From an uncultured Solirubrobacteraceae bacterium (GTDB lineage: Bacteria > Actinomycetota > Thermoleophilia > Solirubrobacterales > Solirubrobacteraceae): a DNA stretch of 64,000 nt. The DNA is taken from NCBI GenBank assembly GCA_963737335.1, contig CAVTSK010000022.1, positions 4,017 to 68,016 on the forward strand. The letters are read 5' to 3'. Position 1 is the stretch's first letter. Every line of letters begins with the position of its first letter. The notes beneath the pieces are model-generated. The model was not told the DNA's origin. It did not search any database and worked only from the letters and a program-made list of their open reading frames with translations. Below are positions 11,002 through 19,946 of this stretch, piece after piece. A program made the position numbers and the translations under genes.

Positions 11002-11964
11002 GTGCATATCGACCCCTACATCGTCCTCGGCAGCGCGATCATCGGCCTGCTCGTCGGCATGACCGGCGCCGGCGGCGGGGCGCTGATGACGCCGATGCTG
11101 ATCCTGCTGTTCTCCGTCAAGCCGTCGACGGCGATCTCGTCAGACCTGGTGGCCGCGGTGGTGATGCGGCCCATCGGGGCCGGGGTGCACATCCGGGCGG
11201 GGACGGTCAACTTCAAGCTCGTGCGGTGGATGGTGGCCGGGTCGGTGCCCGCCGCGTTCCTGGGCGCCTATCTCCTGCACCTCATAGGGGACGCGAAATC
11301 GGCGGAGAACACCATCGAGGTGTTCCTGGGCGCGGCGCTGCTCATCGGGGCCGGCGCCATGGCGCTGCGCTTCGTCATCGACCGCCGCTCGGGCCAGGGC
11401 CGCGACCTGTTCGTCACCGATGTCATCACCCGGCCGCTGCCGACGCTGGCCATCGGCATCGTCGGCGGCATCGTGGTGGGAATGACCTCGGTCGGCTCGG
11501 GGTCGCTGATGATCATCGCCCTGCTGTTCGTCTATCCCAGGATCGGCGCCAACCAGCTGGTGGGGACCGACCTCACCCAGGCGGTGCCGCTCACCCTCGC
11601 CGCCGCGCTGGGCGCCTTGGCCTTCGGGCACATCGAGCTGTCGGTGACCGGCTCACTCATCCTCGGCAGCGTGCCGGCGGTGCTCGTCGGCTCGCTGCTC
11701 TCCTCCAGCGTGCCTGACCGCTATGTCCGCCCGGCGATCGCTTTCGTCATCTTCGCCTCCGGCCTGAAGTACGTCGGCGTACCCACGCAGGCGCTCGGCT
11801 GGGCCCTGTGCGCGACGCTGCTGGCCGGCGCGGGCACGTGGCTCTGGATCGCGCGTCCATGGGAGAACCAGCTCGGCGCGCCGCGTCCCGCCGCGCGGCC
11901 TGCCTCGGACGACCCCGGAGATGAGGACCCGGAGCTCGTGTTGAACCGCCCGGTCGCGCGGTGA
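11002..11964 (+). CDS. TauE/SafE (TSUP) family anion exporter membrane protein
   Basis: Inner part of track ORF 10933..11964. Polytopic, with two internal repeats carrying the GxGGG motifs (LLVGMTGAGGGALMTP and VVGMTSVGSGSLMI). GTG 2 nt after the Crp stop. Confidence 0.8.
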   Translation: MHIDPYIVLGSAIIGLLVGMTGAGGGALMTPMLILLFSVKPSTAISSDLVAAVVMRPIGAGVHIRAGTVNFKLVRWMVAGSVPAAFLGAYLLHLIGDAKSAENTIEVFLGAALLIGAGAMALRFVIDRRSGQGRDLFVTDVITRPLPTLAIGIVGGIVVGMTSVGSGSLMIIALLFVYPRIGANQLVGTDLTQAVPLTLAAALGALAFGHIELSVTGSLILGSVPAVLVGSLLSSSVPDRYVRPAIAFVIFASGLKYVGVPTQALGWALCATLLAGAGTWLWIARPWENQLGAPRPAARPASDDPGDEDPELVLNRPVAR

Positions 11965-12842
11965 GCGAGCGTATCGACGTCGCGGTCCACGGCGGACGGC
12001 TGGCCGCCGACCGGCTCGGTGCCACCACCGCCGCGGGCGCTCCCCTCGTGCTGGCCATCCATGGCATCACCTCGACCAGCCGCACCTGGCTGGCCATCGC
12101 CCGCGCGCTGGGCGACCGCGCCACGCTGATGGCCGTCGACCTGCGGGGACGCGGGCGCAGCATCGAGCTGCCGCCCGTGGTGGGGCTCGACGCCCACGTG
12201 CGCGACATGGTCGCCGTCCTCGACGCGGCGGGGCTGGAGCGCGCGGTCGTGACCGGCCACTCGCTGGGTGCCTACATCGCCGCCCGGATGGCGGTCCGCC
12301 ATCCTCACCGGGTGGAGCGGCTCGTTCTCGTCGATGGCGGGCTCACCATCCCCGGCAGCGGCGGGGGCGAGCCGGCGCGATTCGTGCAGGACTTCCTGGG
12401 CCCCACGTTCGCGCGACTGGAGATGACCTTCCCCACCGTCGCCGCCTACCAGGCGTGGTGGGCGCAGCATCCGGCGGTGACGGGCTCCGACGTCGACCGC
12501 GCCGACCTGGACGCCTACGCCGCCTATGACCTCGTCGGCGACCCACCCCAGCTGCGCTCGGGGATCACGCCCCAGGTGGTCAGAGACGACGGCCTGGACC
12601 TGTTCGGCGAGCCCGACGCGCCGCGGCTCACTGTGCCGGCGACGTTCCTGTGCGCGCCGCGCGGGATGGTGAACGACCCTCACCCCATGCAGCCGCTCGC
12701 CGACGTTGAGGCCTGGGCCGCCGCCGACCCCGAGCGGCGCCGGGCGAGCGAGGTGCCCGACACCAACCACTACACGATCGCCTGGGGCGCCCATGGCGCT
12801 GCAGTGGTGGCCGACGCCATCGCCGCCGCCGTCGCCGTCTGA
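11961..12842 (+). CDS. alpha/beta hydrolase
   Basis: ORF track 11961..12842. LAIHGITSTSRTW and GHSLGAYIAARMA motifs. GTGA overlap with the upstream gene. Confidence 0.8.
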   Translation: MSERIDVAVHGGRLAADRLGATTAAGAPLVLAIHGITSTSRTWLAIARALGDRATLMAVDLRGRGRSIELPPVVGLDAHVRDMVAVLDAAGLERAVVTGHSLGAYIAARMAVRHPHRVERLVLVDGGLTIPGSGGGEPARFVQDFLGPTFARLEMTFPTVAAYQAWWAQHPAVTGSDVDRADLDAYAAYDLVGDPPQLRSGITPQVVRDDGLDLFGEPDAPRLTVPATFLCAPRGMVNDPHPMQPLADVEAWAAADPERRRASEVPDTNHYTIAWGAHGAAVVADAIAAAVAV

Positions 12843-12845
12843 CCC

Positions 12846-14021
12846 TCAGGCCGCGCGCGCCACCGACGCGATGTCGGCCTGCTCGATGGCCAGGCCGATC
12901 GCCCCCAACAACTCCGCGCGATCCCCCAGCGTGGCCGCCACCACCGCCACGTCGGCGCGCACCGCCGGGATGCTTGTCTGCTCCAGGCCCTCGCGCACGG
13001 CGTCGACGAGCAACTCGCCGGCGACGATCAGGTCGCCGCCGACGATGACCAGCTCCGGGTTGACGACGTTGCAGATGCCCCCCGCGACGCGGCCGGCGGC
13101 CAGGCCGGCCTCGCGAAAGACGCGGCGGCAGACGGCGTCGCCCGCCCGGGCGCGGTCCACCGCCTCGCGCAGGGTGATCGTCTCGCCCAGCGCGGAGCCG
13201 AGGCGGCTCAGCAGCCACTGCGCGCCGGCGACGGTCTCCAGGCAGCCGCGGTTCCCGCAGCGGCACCGCGCCCCGTCGGGGTCGACCTGCACGTGGCCCA
13301 GCTCACCGGTCATGCCGCCATGGCCGGTGAAGAGCGATCCGCCGAGGACCAGCCCGCCGCCCACGCCCGAGGACAGCATCAGGTAGACGACGTCGGATGC
13401 TCCGCGGGCGGCGCCGGTGCGCACCTCGGCGAGCGCTCCGAGGTTGGCGTCGTTGCCCACGTGCACCGGCAGGTTGAGGCGGCGCGTGAGCTCGCGCTGG
13501 GGTGAGACCGCGCTCCAGCCCGGCAGGATCCCGGCGGCGGCGAGGCTCGCGCCGTCGCGGCGCACCGGGGCCGAGATCGCGGCCCCGACGCCGAGCAGCC
13601 GCTCGCGCCCGAGTTGCGCCTCGCGCGCCAGGCCGAGCAGGCCCTCGACGGCGACGGCGATGGCGCGCTCGGCCTCGTTGTCGACGTCGAGATCCTGGCG
13701 GTCCTCGGCGATCAGGGCACCGGTCACGTCGGCGATCGCCACGCGGACCGAGTTGTGGCCGAAGTCGACGCCGCCGAACGCACCGAGCGCCGGATTGAGA
13801 GCCAGGAGCGTCGGCGGGCGTCCGGACCGCCCGGCCGCGTTCAGAGGCTCGCCGGTCTCGGCCACCAGTCCCTGCGCCTGGAGCTCGCCGATGAGCTTGG
13901 AGACGGTCGCCCGCGACAGTGAGGTGGCGCGGATGACGTCTCCGCGGGGTGCGGGGCCCTCCCGGAACAGGTACTCCAGGACGCGCAGCGCGTTGCGCTC
14001 GCGAGGCCCGGGCGTCCTCAT
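12846..14021 (-). CDS. xylR: ROK family transcriptional repressor, probable xylose repressor
   Basis: Inner part of track ORF 12846..14465. N-terminal wHTH ([28 protein letters not shown]) plus ROK body with [11 protein letters not shown] zinc motif. ATGA overlap with the xylA stop. Confidence 0.75.
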   Translation of the reverse strand: MRTPGPRERNALRVLEYLFREGPAPRGDVIRATSLSRATVSKLIGELQAQGLVAETGEPLNAAGRSGRPPTLLALNPALGAFGGVDFGHNSVRVAIADVTGALIAEDRQDLDVDNEAERAIAVAVEGLLGLAREAQLGRERLLGVGAAISAPVRRDGASLAAAGILPGWSAVSPQRELTRRLNLPVHVGNDANLGALAEVRTGAARGASDVVYLMLSSGVGGGLVLGGSLFTGHGGMTGELGHVQVDPDGARCRCGNRGCLETVAGAQWLLSRLGSALGETITLREAVDRARAGDAVCRRVFREAGLAAGRVAGGICNVVNPELVIVGGDLIVAGELLVDAVREGLEQTSIPAVRADVAVVAATLGDRAELLGAIGLAIEQADIASVARAA

Positions 14022-15175
14022 CGCAGACCGAGCAGCACCTCGACCACCAGCTGGTCCAGCGCCTCGTTGTGGTAGCCGCGCTGCGCCAGGGCGTCGAGCT
14101 CGCCGGCCTGCGCCTTGAGCGCGTCGGCCTCGCTCAGCCCGTCCGCCGAGGCCTTGCCCAGCTCCGGCGCCGACGCGGCCGCCAGCGCCTCCTTGACCTC
14201 GGGGAGCTCGTCGAAGTGGCGCGCCCGGTCGGCCAGCGCGTTGTAGGTGCGGATGCAGCCGCGGGCGAAGGCCCACACGCCGTCCTCGTTCTCGTTGCGG
14301 TAGGGGTGGGCGTCGAAGTGGCGGGGCCCGTCGTACCCGGCGCGCTCGAGCAGGCGCACCAGGTGGAAGGCCTCCTTGAGGTCCTCGGCGCCGAAGCGGA
14401 AGTCCTGGTCGTAGCGGCCGATCCGCTGGCCGTTGAGGTCGATGTGGAACAGCTTGCCCGCCCACAGCGCCTGGCCGACGCCGTGCATGAACGACAGCCC
14501 GGCCATCGTCTCGTGCGCGACCTCGGGATTGACCCCCACCATCTCCGGACGGTCCAGTGTGGTGATGAAGTGCAGGGCGTGGCCGACGGTGGGCAGGAAC
14601 ATGTCGCCGCGGGGCTCGTTGGGCTTGGGCTCGATGGCGAACTTCAGCTCATACCCCTGCTCCACCGCGTAATCGGCCAGGAGGTTGATCGCCTCCCGGT
14701 AGCGCTCCAGGGCGTCGCGCGGGTCCTTGGCCACCCCCACTTCGGTGCCCTCGCGCCCGCCCCAGAACACGTAGACCTCGGCGCCGAGCTCGGCCCCCAG
14801 GTCGATGGAGAGCATCGCCTTGCCGATGGCCGCGCGGCGCACGCCGCGGTCGTTCGAGGTGAAGGCGCCGTCCTTGAACGCCGGATGGCCGAACAGGTTG
14901 GTGGTGGCCATGCCCACGCCGAGGCCCCGTTCGCTCAGCGCGTCCTTGAACGCGGCCACGATCCGGTCGCGCTCGGCGGCCGGGGTGCCGTACGGCACGA
15001 GGTCGTTGTCGTGCAGGCTCACCCCCCACGCGCCCACGTCGGCTAGGCGGTGGACAGTGTCCACCGGGTCGCGAGGTGGCCGCGTCGGCTCGCCGAACGG
15101 GTCGCGCCCCGGGTTGCCCACGGTCCACAGCCCGAAGGTGAACCGCGCGCCGCTCCCGCTCTCTGCGTTGCTCAT
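14018..15175 (-). CDS. xylA: xylose isomerase
   Basis: ORF track 14018..15184. [26 protein letters not shown] and FHIDLNGQ motifs of actinobacterial XylA. ATG 15175 has GAGGGAG 8 nt upstream; GTG 15184 lies too close to that SD. Confidence 0.92.
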   Translation of the reverse strand: MSNAESGSGARFTFGLWTVGNPGRDPFGEPTRPPRDPVDTVHRLADVGAWGVSLHDNDLVPYGTPAAERDRIVAAFKDALSERGLGVGMATTNLFGHPAFKDGAFTSNDRGVRRAAIGKAMLSIDLGAELGAEVYVFWGGREGTEVGVAKDPRDALERYREAINLLADYAVEQGYELKFAIEPKPNEPRGDMFLPTVGHALHFITTLDRPEMVGVNPEVAHETMAGLSFMHGVGQALWAGKLFHIDLNGQRIGRYDQDFRFGAEDLKEAFHLVRLLERAGYDGPRHFDAHPYRNENEDGVWAFARGCIRTYNALADRARHFDELPEVKEALAAASAPELGKASADGLSEADALKAQAGELDALAQRGYHNEALDQLVVEVLLGLR

Positions 15176-15199
15176 CGCCAACACTCCCTCGCGTAGTTT

Positions 15200-15215
15200 T
15201 GTCTAAGATTAGACA
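15200..15215. promoter_or_regulatory. candidate xyl operator: AT-rich inverted repeat TGTCTAA-GA-TTAGACA in the xylA/xylB divergent spacer
   Basis: Perfect 7-bp arms in a 65-nt spacer between divergent xylA and xylB, next to a ROK repressor gene. Stands out against the GC-rich background. Confidence 0.5.
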
Positions 15216-15240
15216 GAATGAGGGATGGGGAGCAGCGTTG

Positions 15241-16677
15241 GTGAGCGCGCGGATCGTCGGCATCGACGTGGGGACGTCGTCGGTCAAAGGGATCGCGATC
15301 GACGAGGACGGCGTCGTGCTCGCCGAGGCTGAGCACCCGCTCCCCATCTCCATGCCCCAGCCCGGCTGGTCCGAGCAGGATCCTGAGCACTGGTGGGCCG
15401 CCACCGAATCCGTCCTGGCCCACCTCGACGGCGACACCGCCGACGGGATCGGCCTGTCCGGTCAGATGCATGGACTCGTCGTGCTCGGCTCCGAGCGCCG
15501 CCCCCTGCGTCCCGCGATCCTGTGGAACGACGGCCGCAGCCAGCCGCAGGCGACGCGGATCGAGCAGGAGTTGGGGATCGAGCGATTGGTCGCACTCAGC
15601 GGCAACCGCGCGTTGGCCGGCTTCACCGCGCCCAAGCTCACCTGGCTGGCCGAGCACGAGCCCGACGTCCACCGCCGCATCGAGCGCATCATGCTGCCCA
15701 AGGACTACGTCCGCTTCCGCCTCACCGGCGAGTTGGCCACCGATGTCTCGGACGCCTCGGGCACGGTACTGCTCGACGTGGGACGCCGCAGGTGGAGCTC
15801 CGAGCTGACCGAGGCGTTCGCGGTGAACCCCGACTGGCTGCCCGCCGTCCACGAGTCCCCGGCGCTGACCGGTCACACCCCCACCGGCGTGCCGGTGGCC
15901 GCCGGCGCCGGAGATCAGGCCGCGGGCGCCCTTGGGGTGGGCGTCACCGACGACGCCAGCCCCGCCTCGCTGGTCTTGGGCACGAGCGGCGTCATCTTCA
16001 CCGCTCGCAACGCCTTCACCCCGGACCCACAGGGGCGCCTGCACGCGTTCTGCCACGCGCTGCCCGACACCTGGCATGTGATGGGGGTCATCCTCTCGGC
16101 CGCCGGAGCGCTGAGCTGGCTGGCCGGGACGCTCGGCGCATCGGAGGACATCGCCGGGCTGATCGCCCAGGCCGCCGCGTGGCCGCCGGGGGTCGAGGGC
16201 CTCACCTTCGCTCCCTACCTGTCGGGCGAGCGCACGCCCTACCCGGACTCTGACCTGCGCGGCGCCTTCGTCGGCCTGGGCCTGCGCCACGACCGGGGAG
16301 CACTGGCGCGGGCGGTGCTCGAAGGCGTGGCCTACGCCCTGCGCGACGCGCTGGACCTCATCGCTGCCACCGGCCCTCGCCCCCAGCTCGCCCGCGTCTC
16401 GGGCGGCGGCGCGCGCTCAGAGCTGTGGCTGACGATCCTGGCCAGCATCTTGGAGCTACCCCTTGAGCGCACGGAGTCCGAGGCCGGCGCCGCCTATGGC
16501 GCGGCGCTGCTGGGGGGCGTGACCGCCGGTGTGTTCGAGGATGCCCGCAGCGCAGCGCAGGCCGGGGTCCGGACGACCGGCCACGTCGACCCCGATCCTG
16601 CGTGGGTGCAGGCCTACGCCGCCGCTCGGCCCCGCTACCAAGCCCTGTACCCCGCCATTTCTGGACTGCCGGTATGA
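15241..16677 (+). CDS. xylB: xylulokinase
   Basis: Inner part of track ORF 15199..16677. VGIDVGTSSVKGIAI and GGGARSELW FGGY-kinase motifs. GTG 15241 chosen so the gene does not cover the operator; start uncertain. Confidence 0.88.
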   Translation: MSARIVGIDVGTSSVKGIAIDEDGVVLAEAEHPLPISMPQPGWSEQDPEHWWAATESVLAHLDGDTADGIGLSGQMHGLVVLGSERRPLRPAILWNDGRSQPQATRIEQELGIERLVALSGNRALAGFTAPKLTWLAEHEPDVHRRIERIMLPKDYVRFRLTGELATDVSDASGTVLLDVGRRRWSSELTEAFAVNPDWLPAVHESPALTGHTPTGVPVAAGAGDQAAGALGVGVTDDASPASLVLGTSGVIFTARNAFTPDPQGRLHAFCHALPDTWHVMGVILSAAGALSWLAGTLGASEDIAGLIAQAAAWPPGVEGLTFAPYLSGERTPYPDSDLRGAFVGLGLRHDRGALARAVLEGVAYALRDALDLIAATGPRPQLARVSGGGARSELWLTILASILELPLERTESEAGAAYGAALLGGVTAGVFEDARSAAQAGVRTTGHVDPDPAWVQAYAAARPRYQALYPAISGLPV

Positions 16678-17174
16678 GCGTGACGGCCCTCACCGCCCCG
16701 ATGGACCCGGCCGAGCAGCTCGTCAGCGAGCTGGCGGCCTGGCGCCGGCGCTTCGAGCGCGGCGAGCTGCGCCCCGCCATGCCGGGCCGGCCCACCCTGG
16801 CCTCCAATGAGCGCTTCGCCGTCGAGGTCGGGCGCGTGCGCGCCGCCGGGCTGGGCCACCGCGCCGCCGGCGGCATGCTGCACGCCACCGATCGCCGCGC
16901 GGTCATGCTGGGCCGCGGCCGCCGGCCGGTGCGCGAGTGGCGTCTCGCCGATCTGACGGCGGTGAGCGCCCTGGGCAACTGGGGCGGGCTGACCCTCGTG
17001 CATGCCGAGGGCGACACCGAGCTGGTGGTGGCGGTGGGGCCGTCGGCGCCCACCTGGGAGGACGCCGTCGCCTGGCTGAAGGTGGAGGCCGCGTTCGCGA
17101 CGGCCTGCGGGCGCCTCTCGCAGTGGGCGACGGGCCTGCCCGAGCGCCTTGCGCTCGCCGGGGCCCGTACGTAG
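16674..17174 (+). CDS. hypothetical protein, translationally coupled to xylB
   Basis: Inner part of track ORF 16602..17174. ATG 16674 overlaps the xylB stop (ATGA). No family recognised. Confidence 0.55.
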   Translation: MSVTALTAPMDPAEQLVSELAAWRRRFERGELRPAMPGRPTLASNERFAVEVGRVRAAGLGHRAAGGMLHATDRRAVMLGRGRRPVREWRLADLTAVSALGNWGGLTLVHAEGDTELVVAVGPSAPTWEDAVAWLKVEAAFATACGRLSQWATGLPERLALAGART

Positions 17175-17190
17175 CCGTCACACTGTCGGT

Positions 17191-18621
17191 ATGTCCGCGA
17201 CCGAGGTGCCTGTGATCGCGCGCCCGGAGCCCGCGACGCTCGAGGCCGCGCACCGAGCGCTCTGCGATCTGCTCGGGGCCGACCGGGTTCGCACCGGCGC
17301 CGATGAGCTGGCCCAGCACGGCCGCGACGAGTCCTTCCACCCCGCAGCGCTGCCGGACATCGTGGTGTGGCCGCGCTCGGTCGACGAGGCCGCCGCCATC
17401 GTCGGGGTCGCCGCCGCTCACCGCGTGCCCATCGTGCCCTTCGGGGCCGGCACGTCGCTGGAGGGCCATGTCGCCGCGCTCGCCGGCGGGCTGTCGGTCG
17501 ACATGCGCGAGCTGGCCGCCATCGGCCGCCCGTCGATCGAGGATCTCGACGTCGTCGTCCAGGCGGGGGTGACGCGCCGCGCCCTGGACGCGCGCCTACG
17601 ACCCGAGGGGGTGTTCTTCTCCGTGGACCCGGGGGCCGATGCCACCGTCGGCGGCATGATCGCCACCGGCGCGTCGGGGACCACCACCGTCCGCTACGGC
17701 GCGATGCGTGAGAACGTGCTCGCCATCACCTTCATCGACGCCCGCGGCGACGTGGTGCGCACCCATTCGCGGGCCCGCAAGTCCTCGGCCGGCTATGACC
17801 TGACCCGGCTCATGATCGGCTCAGAGGGCACGCTCGGCCTCATCTGCGATGCGACGCTGCGCCTGCACCCGACGCCGGAGGCGATCGCCGCGGCGCAGTG
17901 CACCTTCCCCAACGTCGAGGCCGCCGTGCAGTGCGCGGTGATGGTCAGCCAGCACGCCATCCCGGTGGCGCGCATCGAGCTGGCCGACGAGCTGACCATC
18001 GAATCCATCAACCGCCACAACCAGACCGGGTTCACTGTCGCCCCCACCCTGTTCATCGAGTTTCATGGCGGCTCGACGGCCGAGGTGGAGACGCAGGCGC
18101 GCGAGACCGCCGAACTGGCCGGCGCATGCGGCGGCTCTGACTTCGCCTGGGCCTCGGATGAGGCGGAGCGTCGCCGGCTGTGGCACGCCCGCCACGGCGC
18201 CATGGAGGCGGCCCGGGCGATGCGCCCGGGCAGCGGCGCGCTCACCACCGACGTCTGCGTCCCGGTCTCGGCGCTGGCCGACTGCATCTCGGCCACCCAG
18301 TCCGACATCGCGCAGCACGGCCTGACGGCCTCGATCGTGGGCCACGTGGGCGACGGCAACTTCCACGTCGTCGTGCTCGTGGACCCCGACGACCCGGCCG
18401 AGGTGGCGCAGGGCGAGGCGTTCCACGCCCGCCTGGTCCGCCGCGCGCTGGAGCGCGAGGGCACGTGCACCGGCGAGCACGGCGTGGGCTACGGCAAGGC
18501 CCGCTTCCTGGTGGAGGAGCACGGGCGCCCGGCGGTCGAGATGATGCGCGCCATCAAGCGGGCGCTGGATCCCGACGGGATCTTCAACCCCGGCAAGATC
18601 GCCGCAGCCGCGAGCCTCTAG
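17191..18621 (+). CDS. FAD-linked oxidase (GlcD / D-lactate dehydrogenase family)
   Basis: Inner part of track ORF 17149..18621. FAD_binding_4-type VPIVPFGAGTSLEGH and C-terminal GEHGVGYGKARFL. Confidence 0.85.
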   Translation: MSATEVPVIARPEPATLEAAHRALCDLLGADRVRTGADELAQHGRDESFHPAALPDIVVWPRSVDEAAAIVGVAAAHRVPIVPFGAGTSLEGHVAALAGGLSVDMRELAAIGRPSIEDLDVVVQAGVTRRALDARLRPEGVFFSVDPGADATVGGMIATGASGTTTVRYGAMRENVLAITFIDARGDVVRTHSRARKSSAGYDLTRLMIGSEGTLGLICDATLRLHPTPEAIAAAQCTFPNVEAAVQCAVMVSQHAIPVARIELADELTIESINRHNQTGFTVAPTLFIEFHGGSTAEVETQARETAELAGACGGSDFAWASDEAERRRLWHARHGAMEAARAMRPGSGALTTDVCVPVSALADCISATQSDIAQHGLTASIVGHVGDGNFHVVVLVDPDDPAEVAQGEAFHARLVRRALEREGTCTGEHGVGYGKARFLVEEHGRPAVEMMRAIKRALDPDGIFNPGKIAAAASL

Positions 18622-19085
18622 CGCGTCGGCGACGGCCAGTGCACGGCGCGAAAGCCCCAGGTCCCGGCCAGCCACTCGGGCACGAACTGGGCCAGCGCCG
18701 CGTCCAGCGCTGTGCCGACCGCCGCATCCACCACCCACCACGCGACGATGGCATCGGCCCCCGCGGGCGACCGCGCATCGGGCGGATCGATGTAGATACA
18801 GCCCAACAGGGCGCTCTCCCCGGCGTCGAGCACCGCGTAGTTGAAGCTCTCGTGCGCGGCGATCTCCTCCTCGTGGCGGGCAAGGTCGTCACGGTCCTGC
18901 TCGAAGGTCATCGTCGCCGTCGGCCACCCCCACACCTCGCCGTACATCGCCCACAGCCGCTCCCGGGACCCCATCACCGCGGGATAGTCGATGGCGACGT
19001 CGGCGGCGCGGATGGGTCGCACGTGGTGGCCCGTGGCCAGCTCGACCCGCTCGGGATGCACGAAGCCGTCGGGTAGCCAGGACAT
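18618..19085 (-). CDS. hypothetical protein, possibly GNAT-fold acetyltransferase-like
   Basis: ORF track 18618..19085, ATG start. The family call rests only on general resemblance. Convergent 4-nt overlap (CTAG) with the oxidase gene. Confidence 0.55.
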   Translation of the reverse strand: MSWLPDGFVHPERVELATGHHVRPIRAADVAIDYPAVMGSRERLWAMYGEVWGWPTATMTFEQDRDDLARHEEEIAAHESFNYAVLDAGESALLGCIYIDPPDARSPAGADAIVAWWVVDAAVGTALDAALAQFVPEWLAGTWGFRAVHWPSPTR

Positions 19086-19183
19086 ACGCTGAGGCTAACC
19101 GGCCCGCACCGCCCCACACCGCATCACCTCGCGTGCTTGCCGCGCGCGCTCGCGCACGCGTGAGGAACGTGGCGCGCTGTGCT

Positions 19184-19297
19184 TGAAACGGTGGGTCACG
19201 CCACTGCGGCCGGCAGGCGGTGTGACGTGAGGTTTCAGCGGGCTTGAGTCTCACAGCACGCGCCGCGAGACGGGCGAGGGTGTGACCCCTGGTTTCA
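19184..19297. repeat. three copies of a 19-nt motif GGYGTGAC-N4-GGTTTCA (one inverted, two direct exactly 60 nt apart)
   Basis: A 19184-19202 (inverted; its reverse complement is GGCGTGACCCACCGTTTCA, core reduced to GTTTCA). B 19219-19237 GGTGTGACGTGAGGTTTCA. C 19279-19297 GGTGTGACCCCTGGTTTCA. B versus C and A versus C are each 15/19 identical. Confidence 0.6.
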
Positions 19298-19314
19298 ACG
19301 CTCGGCCGGGCGCC

Positions 19315-19896
19315 CTAGCCGAGGACCAGGTCCACGTAGCCGTCGGCGATCGCCTCGGGCGACAGCTTCCCGCGCGGCGCGTACCACTGGGCGGTGTGGT
19401 TGACCATGCCGAGCAGGGCAAGCAGAGCCAGCCGAGAGTCGCTGTCGGGCCGCGCCCGCGCCAGGGCGTCCTCGGCCAGCCGCTCGAAGGCCTTGCGCGA
19501 GGCGCGCACCTTGCGCCAGCGGTCGCCGGACTCGATCACGTGGCGCTCCTGCTGGAAGACGAGCATGTGGTCGCGGTGCGCCACCACGTGACACACCCAC
19601 AGCCGCACCAACGCGCGCAGCCGCTCCTCGGGATCCTGGTCGCGGGCCATGAGCTCGGTGGCCTGCTCCAGCAGCGGCTCCATGAGCTGGTCGCAGATCG
19701 CGGTCAGCAACCCCTCCTTGCCGCTGAAGTAGTGATAGAGCGACCCGGTGGACAGGTCCATGGTCGCCGCCAGGTCCTGCATGGTCGTCTGGTCATAGCC
19801 CTGACGGGCGAACACCTTGGCCGCCTGGTAGACGACCTGCTGCCGGCGCTGGTCGTAGCGCCGGCGCAGCGCGGGGCGTGTGGGTCGTACGGACAC
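19315..19896 (-). CDS. TetR family transcriptional regulator
   Basis: ORF track 19315..19896. HTH TTMQDLAATMDLSTGSLYHYF. Divergent from the acyl-CoA dehydrogenase gene. Confidence 0.88.
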   Translation of the reverse strand: MSVRPTRPALRRRYDQRRQQVVYQAAKVFARQGYDQTTMQDLAATMDLSTGSLYHYFSGKEGLLTAICDQLMEPLLEQATELMARDQDPEERLRALVRLWVCHVVAHRDHMLVFQQERHVIESGDRWRKVRASRKAFERLAEDALARARPDSDSRLALLALLGMVNHTAQWYAPRGKLSPEAIADGYVDLVLG

Positions 19897-19911
19897 GGCC
19901 CCGCACTTTAC

Positions 19912-19925
19912 CGAATATCTATTCG
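19912..19925. promoter_or_regulatory. candidate TetR operator: CGAATA-TC-TATTCG, followed by TTCGAA-C-TTCGAA
   Basis: Perfect 6-bp inverted arms in the 50-nt AT-rich spacer between the TetR gene and the acyl-CoA dehydrogenase gene. Confidence 0.5.
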
Positions 19926-19946
19926 AACTTCGAACCAGGATTCGCT

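Noticed and set aside
19150-19260. TGTGA / TCACA words at 19221, 19281, 19251 and 35154/35191 as CRP-type binding sites (two Crp/Fnr genes are in the window)
   Set aside because: The half-sites are not arranged as TGTGA-N6-TCACA; spacings are 25 nt or more, or the second half is GTTTCA. I report them as repeats and hairpins instead.
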